Positions 49,650 through 63,747 are shown, counted from the first letter of the stretch. The stretch: DNA of 64,000 bases from Tricharina praecox (GCF_024521635.1 NW_026250403.1:2604001-2668000); one strand, 5' to 3'. Notes: generated from the letters alone by a model not told the origin. Numbers and translations are program-made.

Positions 49650-51175
49650 CTAACTATCTTCATCGTGAAGCACCAGCCTGCGCTTCTTTTTCTTTTTCTT
49701 AGGCTCAGGACTTTTCTTCCGCCTGGGACCTTCGATCCTGACGTTTTCCTCCTCACTTTCAGTCTCCTCCTCTTCGAGACTGACGGGCATCTGCCAACCG
49801 CCGACGTCCTCGCCTCTCACAGGCTCAATGGTCACTACGTCCACCTCCTCCGTCTCCAGGTGCAGCCGGCGCTTCTTGACGTCCTCAACGGGCTGGATGT
49901 CAAACTCGTCTTCACGCTCTTCATACTCAACGTTTTCCTCCACCTCTGCAAAGTCAGGGGCTAGCGCGGACCAGCGCTGTGGGTTAGTGGTGGCCCAGAT
50001 GTAGATTCTGCCAGTCTCAAGTCCTACCGCGGCGACGACGGGACGCGTAGGATGCCACTCACACACGCCGAGCTCTTCCTTTGGACCCTCTAGGATCTTG
50101 ATGAGAGAGCCCTGCGACCGCTCCCAGATGTAAATGTCGTGGTTGTGGTAAGTGGAGGCGGCCACGTACTCGCCATCTCCCGAGAAGGTGACATGGTTCC
50201 AGAGTAGCCGGTTCACCACGTCCTGGAATTTGTGTTCGACTATAAGTTTCAGTTCGTCGGGGACGAGGGTGTCGGGGAGCACAATGGAACGGATTATGCG
50301 GTCGCTTGAATTGAGTACCATGTTACGGCCCGATAATGTGAGGCGAAGGTAGGTGATGCAGCCGTTGGTCGGACGCATAGAGTACACGGTCTCTTGCGTA
50401 GCCGTCGAGATAATGTTGATCCACCCCTTGCTGGTGCCTGTGATGACAAAGTCACCGGTCGAGGTAAATACCGACGCTGTAGTCAACTGCTTCGCGTCTT
50501 GCACTGCGCGTTTCTCGGTTGCTTCGGTATCGGAGATCGCGGCGCGCTTGGGACTCGTCGGTAGAGGAAGTTTGAGCGTATTCTCGGTGGTGATATCAAC
50601 AAGGTATGGTACTTCTTCGTAGAGAGCGCAACAGAACATGCCGCTGCGTCAATCTTATGTTAAATCTAGTTGCTGGAAAACCATGGAGGATCGTACGTAC
50701 AGGTTCTTGGGGTGGAATTCAGCACAGTACACAGGTGCCTGGAAGCGCACCGTACGGGAAGCTTCGAGACCAGACTTCGTCAGATCCCAACGGATCACGC
50801 GGAAGTCCTGCGAGCAGCTAAGAAGGTACCGGCCGCATGGCGACCACGAGAAGTATTGGACCTGTCGCTGGTGACCGCGCAGGATACGCGCCAGACTGTT
50901 CGTTTCGACATCGAATAGGACAATTGCACCGTCAATCCTGCCAGATGCTAGGAGGTCCCCTTTACGGTTGAACCGAATCTGACGGTAAGAGTCAGCGACC
51001 AGTCACCCACCCGTCACTCACCGGTGAATTGGGCGAGCCGAGTTGAGGCGAACGAGGCCAGGCGCAGTTGGACTGACTGACTCACACAGGTAGAATGTCC
51101 AGCTCGTAGCTCGGAAATCAGAGATTCTGGGTAATCCTGAGCGAGAGAGAAGGGGTCGAGAAGCGACAAATTCAT
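49650..51175 (-). CDS. SWD1: COMPASS/Set1C WD40 subunit Swd1 (RBBP5)
   Basis: Three exons. MNLSLLDPFSLAQDYPE.., FNRKGDLLASGRIDG, HKFQDVVNRLLW, IYIWERSQGSLIKILEGPKEEL, QRWSALAPDFAEVEENVEYEEREDEFDI. Confidence 0.95.
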
Positions 51176-51866
51176 ATCAGTGGTTGTCGAACAGCGGAGG
51201 AGAACGAGTGTGAGCGTGAAATGGCAAGTGTGAGAGCTTGGAAAGAAAGCAAAGCTCTGACGGCTAGCGTGACAATGGCGCTAGCGTTTACGCTGGCTTG
51301 GCATCGCCACTCTTCCACACAGCGCTTTTCCTTTGCTCAGTGGCTATCTCACCTCAAGTCCCTCTCAGCAACCTACAACACCCCTACTAACGACACCTTT
51401 ACTAGCCACCCACCCTCCTCGACCGACAAGACGACTTGAGGGAACATCGCCAAACCCTTCAGAAAACCCTCTCTATTGTCCCTGCTCCGGAAGTCGCTCG
51501 CTCGAAGCCATAGAAAGTTGGGAACCTGGAGGAAGCAGGCGACCTTCGCTGGTCGACAACCTCACGCTTCCATCTTCTTCTTCATCCACGACACCACTCC
51601 TTCCGTCTTCCACCACACGACAACCCCCCAACTAAAACACGACATAGCAACGACAACTATCGACCCCCACCTTCGCGTCGCTGCATCTTTCCACCTTCCA
51701 TCTACTTCTCAGGGACACGTTTGCCCTACAACAGACAAAAAGACGCGTTTTTTCATTTACAACGGACGGAACAGCTGCAAAAAACTTCGTGCTAATAACT
51801 CGAACCTCCTGCGGCGCGCGGCACATCGACATACACAGAAAATAGAAACCGTCTAAAGCCGCAATC

Positions 51867-54800
51867 ATGGTTCTTCTTTTCGAACATTCGAGCGCGCCTT
51901 TGCGCACGATCCAGGAAATTCAGTTCGGTCTTTTGTCGCCCGAGGAGATCAAGGCGATGAGTGTGTGTCACATCGAGTATCCAGAGACGATGGTATGCTA
52001 TACTTTGCTCTGATGGAAATTTCGCGGTGGAATTCTAGCTAGGGTTGTCTAACGTACTCTTAATAGGACGATGCTCGACTTCGACCCCGAGAGAAAGGAT
52101 TGAACGACCCGCATCTCGGCTCCATTGATCGCTCTTTCAAGTGCGCTACTGTGAGTTCTCTTCGCCGGACTACTTGTGCGCATCCATATTCTGACATCTC
52201 AATAGTGCGATGAAGGCATGACTGTCTGCCCAGGACATTTCGGTCACATCGAACTCGCCACCCCCGTTTTCCACGTCGGTATGTGGCTTGTCGCTTCAGC
52301 TCTATCCCTGCATGCTCCCTCACTGATATGCTCGCAGGCTTTATCAACAAGATCAAGAAGGTGTTGGAGACGATCTGCTACAACTGCGGAAAGATAAAGT
52401 TGGATGAAGTGAGTATCACCGAACAAGTGGTGCGACTTCAGCGTGAGCATATGAGCTAATGGCCTGTACCTGCATTACAGAATAACGATGCCTTCCGCAA
52501 GGCTTGCGGCATCCGTGATCCGAAGGGTCGATTCAACGCTGTCTGGCGACTATGCAAGGCCAAGAACGTATGCGATACGGATATGACCGAAGAAGAACAG
52601 AACGAGGCCGACAATGCTTCGCGACCGAAGGTTTCACACGGTGGATGTGGAAATAGACAGCCTCAAGTTAGGAAGGAGGGGTTGAAGCTGTGGGGAACAT
52701 GGAAGCCTGATAAGGAGTCGCAAGAGGACAATCCTCAGCCGGAGAAGAAGCGATTGACTCCTGGCGATGTTCTAGCGCTCTTCAAGCACATCAGCAATGA
52801 GGAGATCCGGAAGATGGGCCTTAGCGAGGACTATGCGAGACCGGAGTGGATGGTTATCACAGTTCTGCCGGTGCCGCCTCCGCCCGTTAGACCCAGTATC
52901 TCGGTGGATGGAACTGGTCAAGGAATGCGAGGAGAGGACGATTTGACTTACAAGTTGGGCGATATTATTCGGGCGAATGCCAATGTTCGACAGGCCGAGA
53001 CGAATGGCTCGCCACAACACATCGTCAACGAATTTCAAGATTTGCTCCAATTCCATGTTGCCACATACATGGATAACGATTTGGCGGGCCAGCCTCAGGC
53101 GCTCCAGAAGTCTGGTCGTCCAGTCAAGTCAATCCGTGCACGTTTGAAGGGAAAGGAGGGCCGTCTGCGTGGAAATTTGATGGGAAAACGTGTGGACTTC
53201 TCTGCGCGTACCGTCATTACCGGTGATCCGAATTTGTCCCTGGACGAAGTTGGTGTGCCGAGAAGTATTGCCTCGACACTAACGTACCCCGAGATCGTTA
53301 CCCCTTACAATATTCACAAGTTGCATGAACTGGTCAAAAACGGTCCGAACCAACATCCTGGCGCCAAGTATGTGATCCGGGATACTGGGGAGAGGATCGA
53401 TCTACGCCATCACAAGAGGGCTGGCGAGATATCGCTTCAGTATGGGTGGAGGGTGGAGAGGCACATCGTAGACGGAGATTTCATTATCTTCAACCGACAG
53501 CCTTCGCTGCACAAGGAGTCCATGATGGGTAAATATATCTTCAATTCGTTCTGAATCATGGGCTAATTGATGATTACAGGACATCGTGTTCGTGTCATGC
53601 CATACTCTACCTTCCGATTGAACTTGTCGGTCACGTCGCCTTACAACGCTGATTTCGACGGTGACGAGATGAATCTTCACGTCCCGCAGTCAGAAGAGAC
53701 CCGAGCGGAAGTGAACCAACTCTGCATGGTGCCATTGAATATTGTCTCGCCCCAGAAGAACGGTCCACTCATGGGTATCGTCCAGGACACTCTTTGCGGT
53801 ATTTACAAGATGTGCCGGAGAGATGTTTTCTTGGCCAAAGATCAAGTCATGAACCTGTTGATGTGGGTGCCAAATTGGGATGGGGCCATGCCTCATCCGG
53901 CAATCCTCAAGCCTCGACCCCGGTGGACTGGAAAACAGATGATCAGTTTGATCATCCCGGAAGGTATTAACAAGGTTTCCCTGAATGACGGCAACTGGTC
54001 TCCTCTTGAGGATGACGGGCTGTTGGTTCATGGAGGTGAATTGATGTTCGGACTTCTCAATAAAAAGGCCGTCGGTCAAGCTCAGCAGAGTTTGATCCAC
54101 ATCATCTACAACGAAAAGGGATGGCGGAGGTGTATGGAGTTCTTCAACGGTTGCCAGACGGTTGTCAACTACTGGCTCCTTCACAACGGTTTCAGTATCG
54201 GTATCGGTGATACCATTCCCGACGCTGCAACCATAGCGAAGATCGCGGAGACGGTACGGTCCAAAAAGCAGGAGGTTGCCGACGTGACCGAAAAAGCGCA
54301 GAAGAATACTCTGGAACCTCTACCCGGTATGAACATCCGTGAGACCTTCGAGAGTTTGGTCTCGAAGTCGTTGAACTCGGCTCGTGATGTTGCTGGATCA
54401 GATACGGAAAAGAGTTTGAAGGATCTGAACAACGCTATTCAGATGGCTCGGTCGGGTTCGAAGGGTTCGAATATCAATATCTCTCAAATGACAGCGGTCG
54501 TCGGCCAACAGTCAGTTGAAGGAAAACGTATTCCTTTCGGATTCAAGTACCGAACCCTGCCGCATTTCACCAAGGATGATTACAGTCCCGAGGCCCGTGG
54601 CTTCGTTGAGAATTCTTACCTTCGTGGTCTGACACCTCAGGAGTTTTTCTTCCACGCCATGGCTGGTAGAGAAGGTTTGATTGATACCGCCGTCAAGACA
54701 GCAGAGACTGGTTACATTCAGCGTCGTCTGGTTAAGGCGTTGGAAGATGTGATGGCCAAATACGATGGAACCGTTCGGAATTCGCTTGGAGACGTTATCC

Positions 54801-57455
54801 AGTTCGTCTATGGCGAGGATGGCTTGGACGGAGGTCATATTGAGCCCCAAAAGGTCGATATCATCACTTGTTCGAACGCCGCATTTGACCAGAAGGTGCG
54901 TGTCGATGTTATGGATCCCGAAAAGTCCATTCCTCCGGAGTATCTGGAGGTAGCCACGGAAATCGCCGGTGATGTCGACGTCCAGCGAGTTTTGGATGAA
55001 GAATACGAGCAACTGAAGCGAGACCGAAAATTCTTGCGGGAGCTTCAATTGACCGACAAGCTGGAGGACAACATGCAACTTCCCATCAATATTCTTCGGA
55101 TCCTCGAGAATGCACGGACTATATTCCGTATCAAGCACCGCGCCCGCAGCAATCTCCACCCTGTTGACGTCATTATGAAAGTGCGGGAGCTCGTCAAGAA
55201 TCTAGTTGTCGTTCGTGGCAGCGATCCCCTATCGATCGAGGCTCAAGATAATGCGACCAAGCTCTACATGTGCCATCTACGTTCTCGACTATGCTTCAGG
55301 CGATTGGTTCTCGAATGCAACCTTAACAAAGTGGCGTTTGACTGGGTGCTCGGAGAGGTTGAATCTCGGTTCGCTAAGGCGGCTGTTAACCCTGGGGAGA
55401 TGGTCGGTGTGCTTGCAGCTCAATCTATCGGAGAGCCTGCGACACAGATGACGCTGAATACCTTCCATTTCGCCGGTGTATCCTCTAAGAACGTAACCCT
55501 AGGAGTTCCGCGTCTAAAGGAAATTCTCAACGTGGCCAAGAACATCAAGACTCCTTCTTGTATCGTCTACCAGATCCCAGAGAACCGGTTCAATAAGGAC
55601 AGCGCGAGAGTTCTTCGGTCGGCCGTGGAGCATTCCACCCTACGATCCGTCACCGACTCTACCGAGATCTGGTACGATCCTGATCCCAAGGAAACAGTCA
55701 TTGAAGAGGATATCGACACCGTCCAGTCGCACTTCTTAATTGAGACCGACCAAGACGATGTCGAGGGCCAGTCGAAGTGGATTCTACGTATCGTTTTCGA
55801 TCGTAAGAAGCTGCTGGACAAGGATCTGACGGTCGAGAAAGTCGGCATGAAGTTGATGGAGGAGTATGGCAGTGACATGTCAATCATCATGAGTGATGAT
55901 AACGCCGAGATCCCCGTCATCCGCTGCCGCATGAAGCATGTGGACTCAAGCAAGGGTCAGGAGGAAGACGTTGATAGCGAGGAAGACGTCATGCTGAAGC
56001 GTCTCGAAAACCACATGCTCGACGAAGTCACCTTGAAGGGAGTCAAGGGTATCTCCAGGGCTTTTATTAATAACAGGGATAGGGTTAGAGAGACCAGCGA
56101 TGGAGCATTGAAGCTCAATCGAACCGACGACCTCTGCAATGAGTGGATTCTCGACACCAGCGGAACCGCACTGAAGGAGGTCCTGACTGTAGACGGCGTT
56201 GACACGACTCGGACATACTCCAACTCCTTTGAAGAGATCCTGAACGTGTTTGGTATCGAGGCGACCCGAGGACTGTTGGTCCGCGAGTTGACACAGGTGC
56301 TGGCTTTCGACGGTTCCTATGTCAATCATCGTCACATTGCTGTTCTTTGCGACGTGATGACTACCCGCGGCATGCTGATGGCGATTACCCGTCACGGTAT
56401 CAACCGGAACGACACTGGTGCTCTGATGCGTTGTTCCTTCGAGGAAACAGTGGAAATCTTGCTGGAGGCCGCGGCTTCGGGTGAGCTCGATGACTGCAGA
56501 GGTATCTCCGAGAACATAATGTTGGGACAACTGGCGCCCATGGGAACTGGAGAGTTTGATGTGTTCCTGGATGAAAAGATGCTTCAGGATGTTATTGTTG
56601 ACAACTCGCGCATTACCGGGGCCGACATGGGAATATCCAAGGGAACTATCGGAGACGGATCAGCAACTCCGTACGACTCGGCATCTCCTATCTACGTGGA
56701 TGGCACATACATCGGTTCTCCGGATGCAGGCGCAGCATTCTCGCCTATGGGTCATACCGGATCGCAGACTCCAGTTGGCTTCCCGATACTCACCCCTGGC
56801 GGATATGGTGGTATATCGCCATACCCTGCCGGAGGCGCAAGTCCGTTCAATCCAGCTTCGCCATTCGGTGGCAGTCCTACTTCGCCTGGAATCTTCTCTC
56901 CAACTTCGCCTGGTTACTCGCCCACCTCGCCCAATCTCGGATACGGAAGCACTTCCCCTGCCGGGTTTTCGCCTGGTTCGCCGTCATTCCGCGCTGCAAG
57001 TCCGGCTTTCTCACCCACTTCCCCGAGCATGCCCTACTCGCCCACGTCGCCTAACCTTCACGGAGGCGCGTCCCCCACATCTCCGTTCTCTCCGACTTCG
57101 CCGTCGTACTCGCCTACAAGTCCCAACTTGTACTCGCCTACGAGTCCTGCGAACTACTCCCCGACCAGTCCCGATTATTCTCCGGCCTCACCGAGAATGG
57201 ACGGTGGCAACGGAGTTAGCCCTACCAGTCCCATGAGTTACTCTCCCACGAGTCCTAGGTTCAGTCCTACATCTCCGAGATACTCCCCGACTAGTCCCGC
57301 GATGGCCAGTCCCGGTCAAGGATGGAGTCCTACTAGCCCAGGACCATCTTACTCTCCCAAGTAAGTATCCTCTTTCCCCATCGCTCTCCATGTATTGTGC
57401 TAATGATTTCAACAGCTCTCCCAAGGAAGAGGGCGATACGCCAAAGGACGACTAA
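51867..57455 (+). CDS. RPB1: DNA-directed RNA polymerase II largest subunit
   Basis: Seven exons. Motifs [75 protein letters not shown] and a degenerate heptad CTD. The last intron (57361..57415) adds (N)[12 protein letters not shown]. Confidence 0.98.
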
Positions 57456-58505
57456 ATCTTGGCAGGCGTTGCATGAATGGATACGGCGGTGGAAGGTGTT
57501 GTGACATTTCGAAAGCCGAGTATTTTGTGTGCTTCTTTGCATTTGCTTCGTAGTCATTGTCCTGGGTTTCTCTTTCTGTTTCGAATTACTGGGCATTCTT
57601 CTTCTGCTTGTTTGTGTTCGTCCGTCCGTTTTCACTTCGTGTACAAGCTTTCTGTATTACTACTTTGTGACATTTCCACGTCCGCCATTGTCTTTTTTTT
57701 ATTTTTTTACTGGGAGCCGATGATATAGATGAAACATCATGCATTGAGGGTTTTCGTGTAGGGTAGGTTTGGGATGGGACGGGGAGAAAAGTGAAGGCCC
57801 AGTGGGTGCCGTGGTATCTCTCAAACGGTGTTGTTTCTGCATCTCATTACCATATGCTGTTTAGCTGACGTGCTTGTGCCTGTTTTTGCGTGGTGGGGGA
57901 AGGATGATCTTGGTATTGATTTGCATCTACGATATGACAATTGATCGATCGATGGAAGTGGGCTGGCAGGGGGATATGGTTTTCTTCATCTTCTTAGTTG
58001 ATACAAGGCTGTGGTCGTCGGGAGGTACCTACTGTATTCATACTCTGATGGAAGTTGGATGATGGGGGCGATTCGATCGAAGCGACAAATTGACTGGGCT
58101 GGATTGGATTTGTGTTTCATCATGCCTATTGCATTCTACATTTTCCTAATCATGGTAAACGAAAACCATTTACGTCTCCGACTCAACCGTGACTACGTGA
58201 TAAATTGATGGGATTGCTTTGCTTGCTTGAAGGTCAGCGGCGCGGCGCGGCGCAGAGTGGGCGTGAGAGGCCATGCACCCTGGGAAACGATGACTCCACG
58301 GAAACACCTGCTGCCCTCGCTCCCTCGCTCCCTCGCTCCCTCCCTCGGGCGGCGCCGAAGTGCGGTCCAGCGTAGAGCACTCTACCTACCGTACCGGGGG
58401 TGGATAACGATAAGTGCCCCGAAAGGGAAGGTTTCGACCTCTCGCGTGTGTGTTGCACTTGCTTGCAAGTACATAGTGGGGGATCTGGGGGTGCGCACAA
58501 CGAGA

Positions 58506-58512
58506 TATAAAA
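58506..58512 (+). promoter_or_regulatory. Putative TATA box of the 2OG-Fe(II) dioxygenase gene
   Basis: TATAAAA about 80 bp upstream of ATG 58588. Two tandem GATAA motifs lie at about 58403 and 58409. Confidence 0.45.
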
Positions 58513-58587
58513 CAACCCCCGCTGTCCAACCGTAGGTACGGAATGTGAAGTGCAACTCAGCTCAACTCCGCCGCCACCGCCGCCGCG

Positions 58588-59827
58588 ATGTCTGCTCCTG
58601 CTACTGCTCCTGCGTATACGACTGCTAAGCCCGTTACGGTTTCCCTGGCAGAGCTGGAGGACGGTATGTTTCCACGGCGGAAGGTCGGGTTGGGTTGAGT
58701 TGAGTTGAGTTGTAACCAGTGTTGACATGATCGCATTCCCGCAGGCAGTGTCTCCTCCGCCACGCTCCTCGCCGCCTTCGGCCCCGACTCCCTAGGCATA
58801 ATTGTAGTGACCGGCCTTCCCTCACAGTTCACCGCCCTCCGCACACAACTTCTCTCCTACACCAGCCACGTCGCCGCGCTCCCGCCGGCAACGCTGCGCA
58901 CGCTCGAGTCCCCCGACTCGAACTACCTCGTCGGCTGGTCATGCGGCAAGGAAACACTCTCCGCCGACGGCCGTGTCGACACGCTCAAGGGCAGCTACTA
59001 CGTCAACTGCGCGTACTACACGTCGCCCGCCCTCGATGGCGCCGAGGGCGCCGATAGGTACCCCGACTTTCCCGAGTACACGGCGGGAAACGTTTGGCCG
59101 CCGCTTGAAGGGTTCGAGGAAACGTGCAAGGAGCTCTGCAAGCTCATCATTGATACCGCCGCGCTCGTGGCGAGAGCGTGTGATCGCTACGCTGCCGAGA
59201 ATGTCGAGGGGTATACCCCCGGGTACCTGGAACATGTCGTGAAGACTAGCACGACGACGAAGGCGCGGTTGCTGCATTACTTCCCGCCACCGGGCGAGGT
59301 GGCGGACGGAGAAGAGAAAGAGGAGGATCTGGACTCCTGGTGCGGCACGCACCTCGACCACGGCTGTCTCACGGGTCTGACCAGCGCGATGTACGTGGAC
59401 GAGACCTCGACGCCGCCGGACATTGCGCAGGGCGTGGAGCTGCAGGAGCTCTCTGGCCCGCCGGATCCAGACGCGGGTCTGTACATACGCGATCGCAAGG
59501 GCCAGACGGTCAAGGTGGGGATTCCGAGGGATGCACTCGCGTTCCAGACCGGAGAGGCGCTGGAGAGGATCACGAAGGGACGGTTTAGGGCCGTCCCACA
59601 TTTTGTGAGGGGCATGAGAGCGGGCAAGGGAAGCGGCGTCGCGAGGAATACGTTGGCCGTGTTTACGCGTGAGTTCTCTTCTCCGACCCCGGAGCTCGAA
59701 GCAGTGCGAGACAGTGGCTAATCCGATTATGCGTGAGGCAGAACCGAATCTGTGGGAGATGGTCGATGAGACGATGGATTTTGCGGCGTTCGCGAAGATG
59801 ATTGTCGATAAGAATACGGCCATGTAG
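58588..59827 (+). CDS. 2-oxoglutarate/Fe(II)-dependent dioxygenase (clavaminate synthase-like / IPNS-like fold)
   Basis: Three exons. AFGPDSLGIIVV, VGWSCGKETL, KARLLHYFP, Fe-binding HxD (WCGTHLDHGCLTGL), distal His (AVPHFV) and RNTLAVFTQP. Confidence 0.88.
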
Positions 59828-61212
59828 GGTGTGTCTTCTATGCATGGGCTCAATCACATCACTCTTCGTGTCAAACAACCAACCTGAGCCAACACTTGTG
59901 CCCGTTTTATACCCAACGTAATCCGCAGCCCTTCGCATCGTCAATATACAAACCCCGGGTTATCACCGTGACCACCACCCGGTATTATAGATAACGGATA
60001 GAGAACTGGACCTGAAGCCGCGGTGAAGTGCCGAGAGGGAGTTACTCGCCAAAAGCAAGGAAGAACGCGCGATTCGCGAATAATGGCGGGACATTATTGC
60101 CGGTGATCGTAAACAGGAGCAAAGGAAGCGGTGAGTGTAGGGACAGCATTGACGCCTTGTCTTGTCTCATCACGATGCAGTGATCATCTATTATGGTACC
60201 GGTGGTCGGAAGGATTTGATTTTGAGCTGGTGTGGATTACTCCATCGGGTGAGATGACATGATTCCCCACCTTCACCTTCCCCCCTTCCCCACCACCTTC
60301 CCCACCACCACCATCCTCCCAGATCCCTCCATTTCCGGACCCCCCGCAAACGTCGGAAGTATGTAAATGTAAATACCATTCCACCCTCGCCGGTTGCCTT
60401 GCCGGACACGGAAGTAGAAAGAAGGGAGAGGGAGGAAGGAAGGGAACATGCAGGATTATCCCTTCCCTTCCCTTCCAAATTCCCTTCCGTTGAATCCGCT
60501 CCCGCCGGCGGTCGCAGGCCGTAGTGCTATAGATAGAATTGAGTGTGCTGTGCTGTGCGACGTATACCAGCTAGATACTGGCTACTACCTAGCACCCTGG
60601 AAGTCTGGAGGTTGGAAGTCTGGGGGTGGGTGGACGAGAACGGCTTCTGTTTTCGTGGTGGACAGACTCCGACAGAGAGCGCGAAAGGGTGAGAGAGAGG
60701 AATTGAGTTTGTGATTGTGATTGGGGCAGCTCGGCGAACACTCTGGATGCGTTGGGATTAACTGTGTACATATTGGGTTATTTGTCATCGTCCGGTACAG
60801 CCGAATGCGATCGCAAGCTGTGTTGCTGTGTCCCTGTGAAAGCTGTGCAAAGCTGCGGATACCCAGTCCTGGTGGGCAGAGTATTGTACATACGAACTCG
60901 TCGCCGGTGATAGGTAGGTAGGATGTGGATAACGCTCTGTGCTAGGTAGCTGGGGAGTGGACACTGGAGGATATAGCACAGCTTATATCGAGATTCGACG
61001 CCCGGATGCCGCGGGTGGACCGTGGATGGACGCAATGCCCTACTTACTTATGCTACATAACTACTGGGTATGTTATGCTATGCTAGGTATCTCCCCATCC
61101 CATCACAAATCTCATCTCGATTCTCCACGAGTCCACCTGGCATCTTCACTTTCACTTGTATCGATCTCGATTCTCGGTTGACCAATATTATCGCAGTTAC
61201 TCTAGTCATATA

Positions 61213-61267
61213 GGTAGAGTACATCTAGGGCATGTACGGTAGAGTACATCTAGGGCATGTACGGTAG
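61213..61267. repeat. 25-bp perfect tandem duplication
   Basis: (ggtagagtacatctagggcatgtac) x2 followed by ggtag. Confidence 0.9.
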
Positions 61268-63747
61268 TGCGGTCAAGATCTAGATCAGCGAGCGTGACCT
61301 GCCCACTCCAACAAAAAATCTGCATACTCATCCGCCTGCCATCTGGGCAGTGTATCGTTATTGATATACCCATATGATTCAAGAGGATAAACCGTGACCC
61401 CTCCCCCTCCGCCTTGCAACTCGCGCCACGCGCGGAAACCTTGCATCTTGCAGCACCGTACTCTACATAGCATCGCAGCATCGCAACATCGCATGCAAAC
61501 AGGTGGCACAGGCACAGGCGTAGGGCGGGTGTGATAGATTGCTGTCGCTGCAGGCACAATACATACCGTACTTAACTGCGGGTTGTGAATGGACGTACTA
61601 ACTGTTATTCCGGGGAGAGGGAAGGGGAGGGGGCTCGAATGATAACTTCTCGTCGGCGACTCAGCATGACGGGCAGTGGACAGTGGGCAGTGGACACACG
61701 GGGACCGAATGGCAGCCGTGGAATGGATTGACCCTATGCACCCCCCGCACCCCCCCTCTGTGCCCCGTGATCGACTCTGCGGTGACGGCTTCTATGTAGA
61801 GGACATAGCTTCCACTCTTCGGTTGGATCGAGCCGAGGCGGCGGTGGTGGATATCATATGTACGAACAAAGTAGAGGACCTCCGTCGCCGTTCTTTGTGG
61901 GGTAGAAGCCCGTGAAGGGGAAACTACGGGATGGTCATTGGATAGTGACTGCGTCGCGACTCGCGACTCGCATGATGCCGGACAAAGTAGGTGTGCATTG
62001 TGCATAAGGGACAATGGGACAATGGGACATGCCACTGATGGCCATCCCGGTGTGGGGAAGTTATTCTCAGTGTTGGGTGTGCTCTAACCATCATATCGTA
62101 GTAGGAGGACAACTTACAAGTGGTTATCGATGCCATCGTGAGGATGGATGCACACGACCTTTGCCAGCTAGTTGCGCCCGAGTCCTGAATCCTGACCAGT
62201 GAAAACGCATGCCCAAGTGGGGGGCAGCTAACCACAGCTCCACCTATCACAATTGACACCCACAGCCCTGCAATCCCAACCCGAGCTCAGTTGAGTCGAG
62301 AGTCCAAAGAAATGGGATCGAGCGCAGTCACGACACGTGATTCCTTTCCTTTCCTTTCCTTTGTGACGGAGTTGCGTTCCGTTGTAAGTAGAGCATCTAT
62401 GCTACCTGTCGTGTGTGTACCGAAGCGTCGGCGGACTTCTGGAATCTGGAGGCTCGAGAAACGAAGACGAAAATAGTTAGTTAGTTGGATAGGGATGGAT
62501 GCCAGATGCCAGATGGGCGATGGGCGCTGATCGATCGTCGTCTCGCTGTGACTGTGGCTGCAGTGGCTTTAGCTGGCAGCCCTGTCCGTGGGCAGTGGGG
62601 AGGGATCTGGGGCGGAGCCGCGAAGGCGGGCGGCCACGCACCACGCGGACGATCGACAAGAGTTCAAACACCAGCTGTTTTGAGCTTTTCTTTCCTTCTT
62701 TCTGTGTTTCAAACGGCACTTTTTTTTGTCTCTTTTCTTTCCGGATTTGTTCCGAGGGTAACCAAATTTGTAGGGAGATGTATCTACAAAGAAGATGGAT
62801 GGACATTGGACATTGGGCAGCATTTTCTCTGGGGTTTTATTTTTGTTCTTTTATTTTTACTTCATGTACCGCGTGCAGGACTGAGGATGCTGGATGCTGG
62901 ATGCTGGAGCTGGACCGGCGCCGAACCGAACGGGCGGTTTGGGGTTTCCGTGCGGCGTGGAGTGAGCATACATACGGAAGGAAAGAAGGAGAAAAGGAGG
63001 AAAGGGAGGGAAACGAAGGTGCAGAATATGTAATAATAAAAGAGACAGCGCGGGGGAGATGGGGGGCGGGCTAGGTGGCTTTGGGCTTGCGGTGACGATC
63101 GACAGGCATAGGTAACATTGAAATTTTCTCGTGATGAAGAGAGGGAGAGGCCGCGAAACTCTGCTGACAGTCTGATTGTGGTGAGAGTAAAGTGGGATGT
63201 CTCCTTGAGTGATACGCGAATAGCCACACGAGCAAATAGACCGCCCGAACATCAGACTACAGATAGTCCGGCCGGCGATCATGGTCGTGGACATGACGAC
63301 GATCGACGAAACTCGCAGACGACGCCTTGAACGAGTCCACGCGTACGTAACCCTACCATAGCACCATAGGTACCAAGTACCCAAGTCCCTACTCGCGCGT
63401 GCATGCACACTGCACACAGCGTCGCTCCGCAGAATTCGTACCTTACATGAAGTGTTGCATCTCCATCTCCCTCCCCCCTCGCTCGCTCGCTTGCTTGGTT
63501 GCCTGGTTGGCTGCGTGCTGCCGGGAAAGAGCGGCGGCTCATCGCCCATCCCGAGCCCCTGCCCACCATCCAAATAATCACACCGTGACACACCGCACCG
63601 CGACACACTGCGACACACCGCACCGCCCCCGTTCCTTCCTTCCTTCCTTCCTTCTTCCCTTTCTTCCTTCCCTCCTTGTCTGTCGTCATCTCTCCCCGTT
63701 GGCTGCTGGCTGGAGCCTGGCTGGACTGCCGGCTGCGAACTGTGACT

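Noticed and set aside
58939..59853. 304-aa antisense ORF over the dioxygenase
   Set aside because: Codon-bias mirror of the sense gene.
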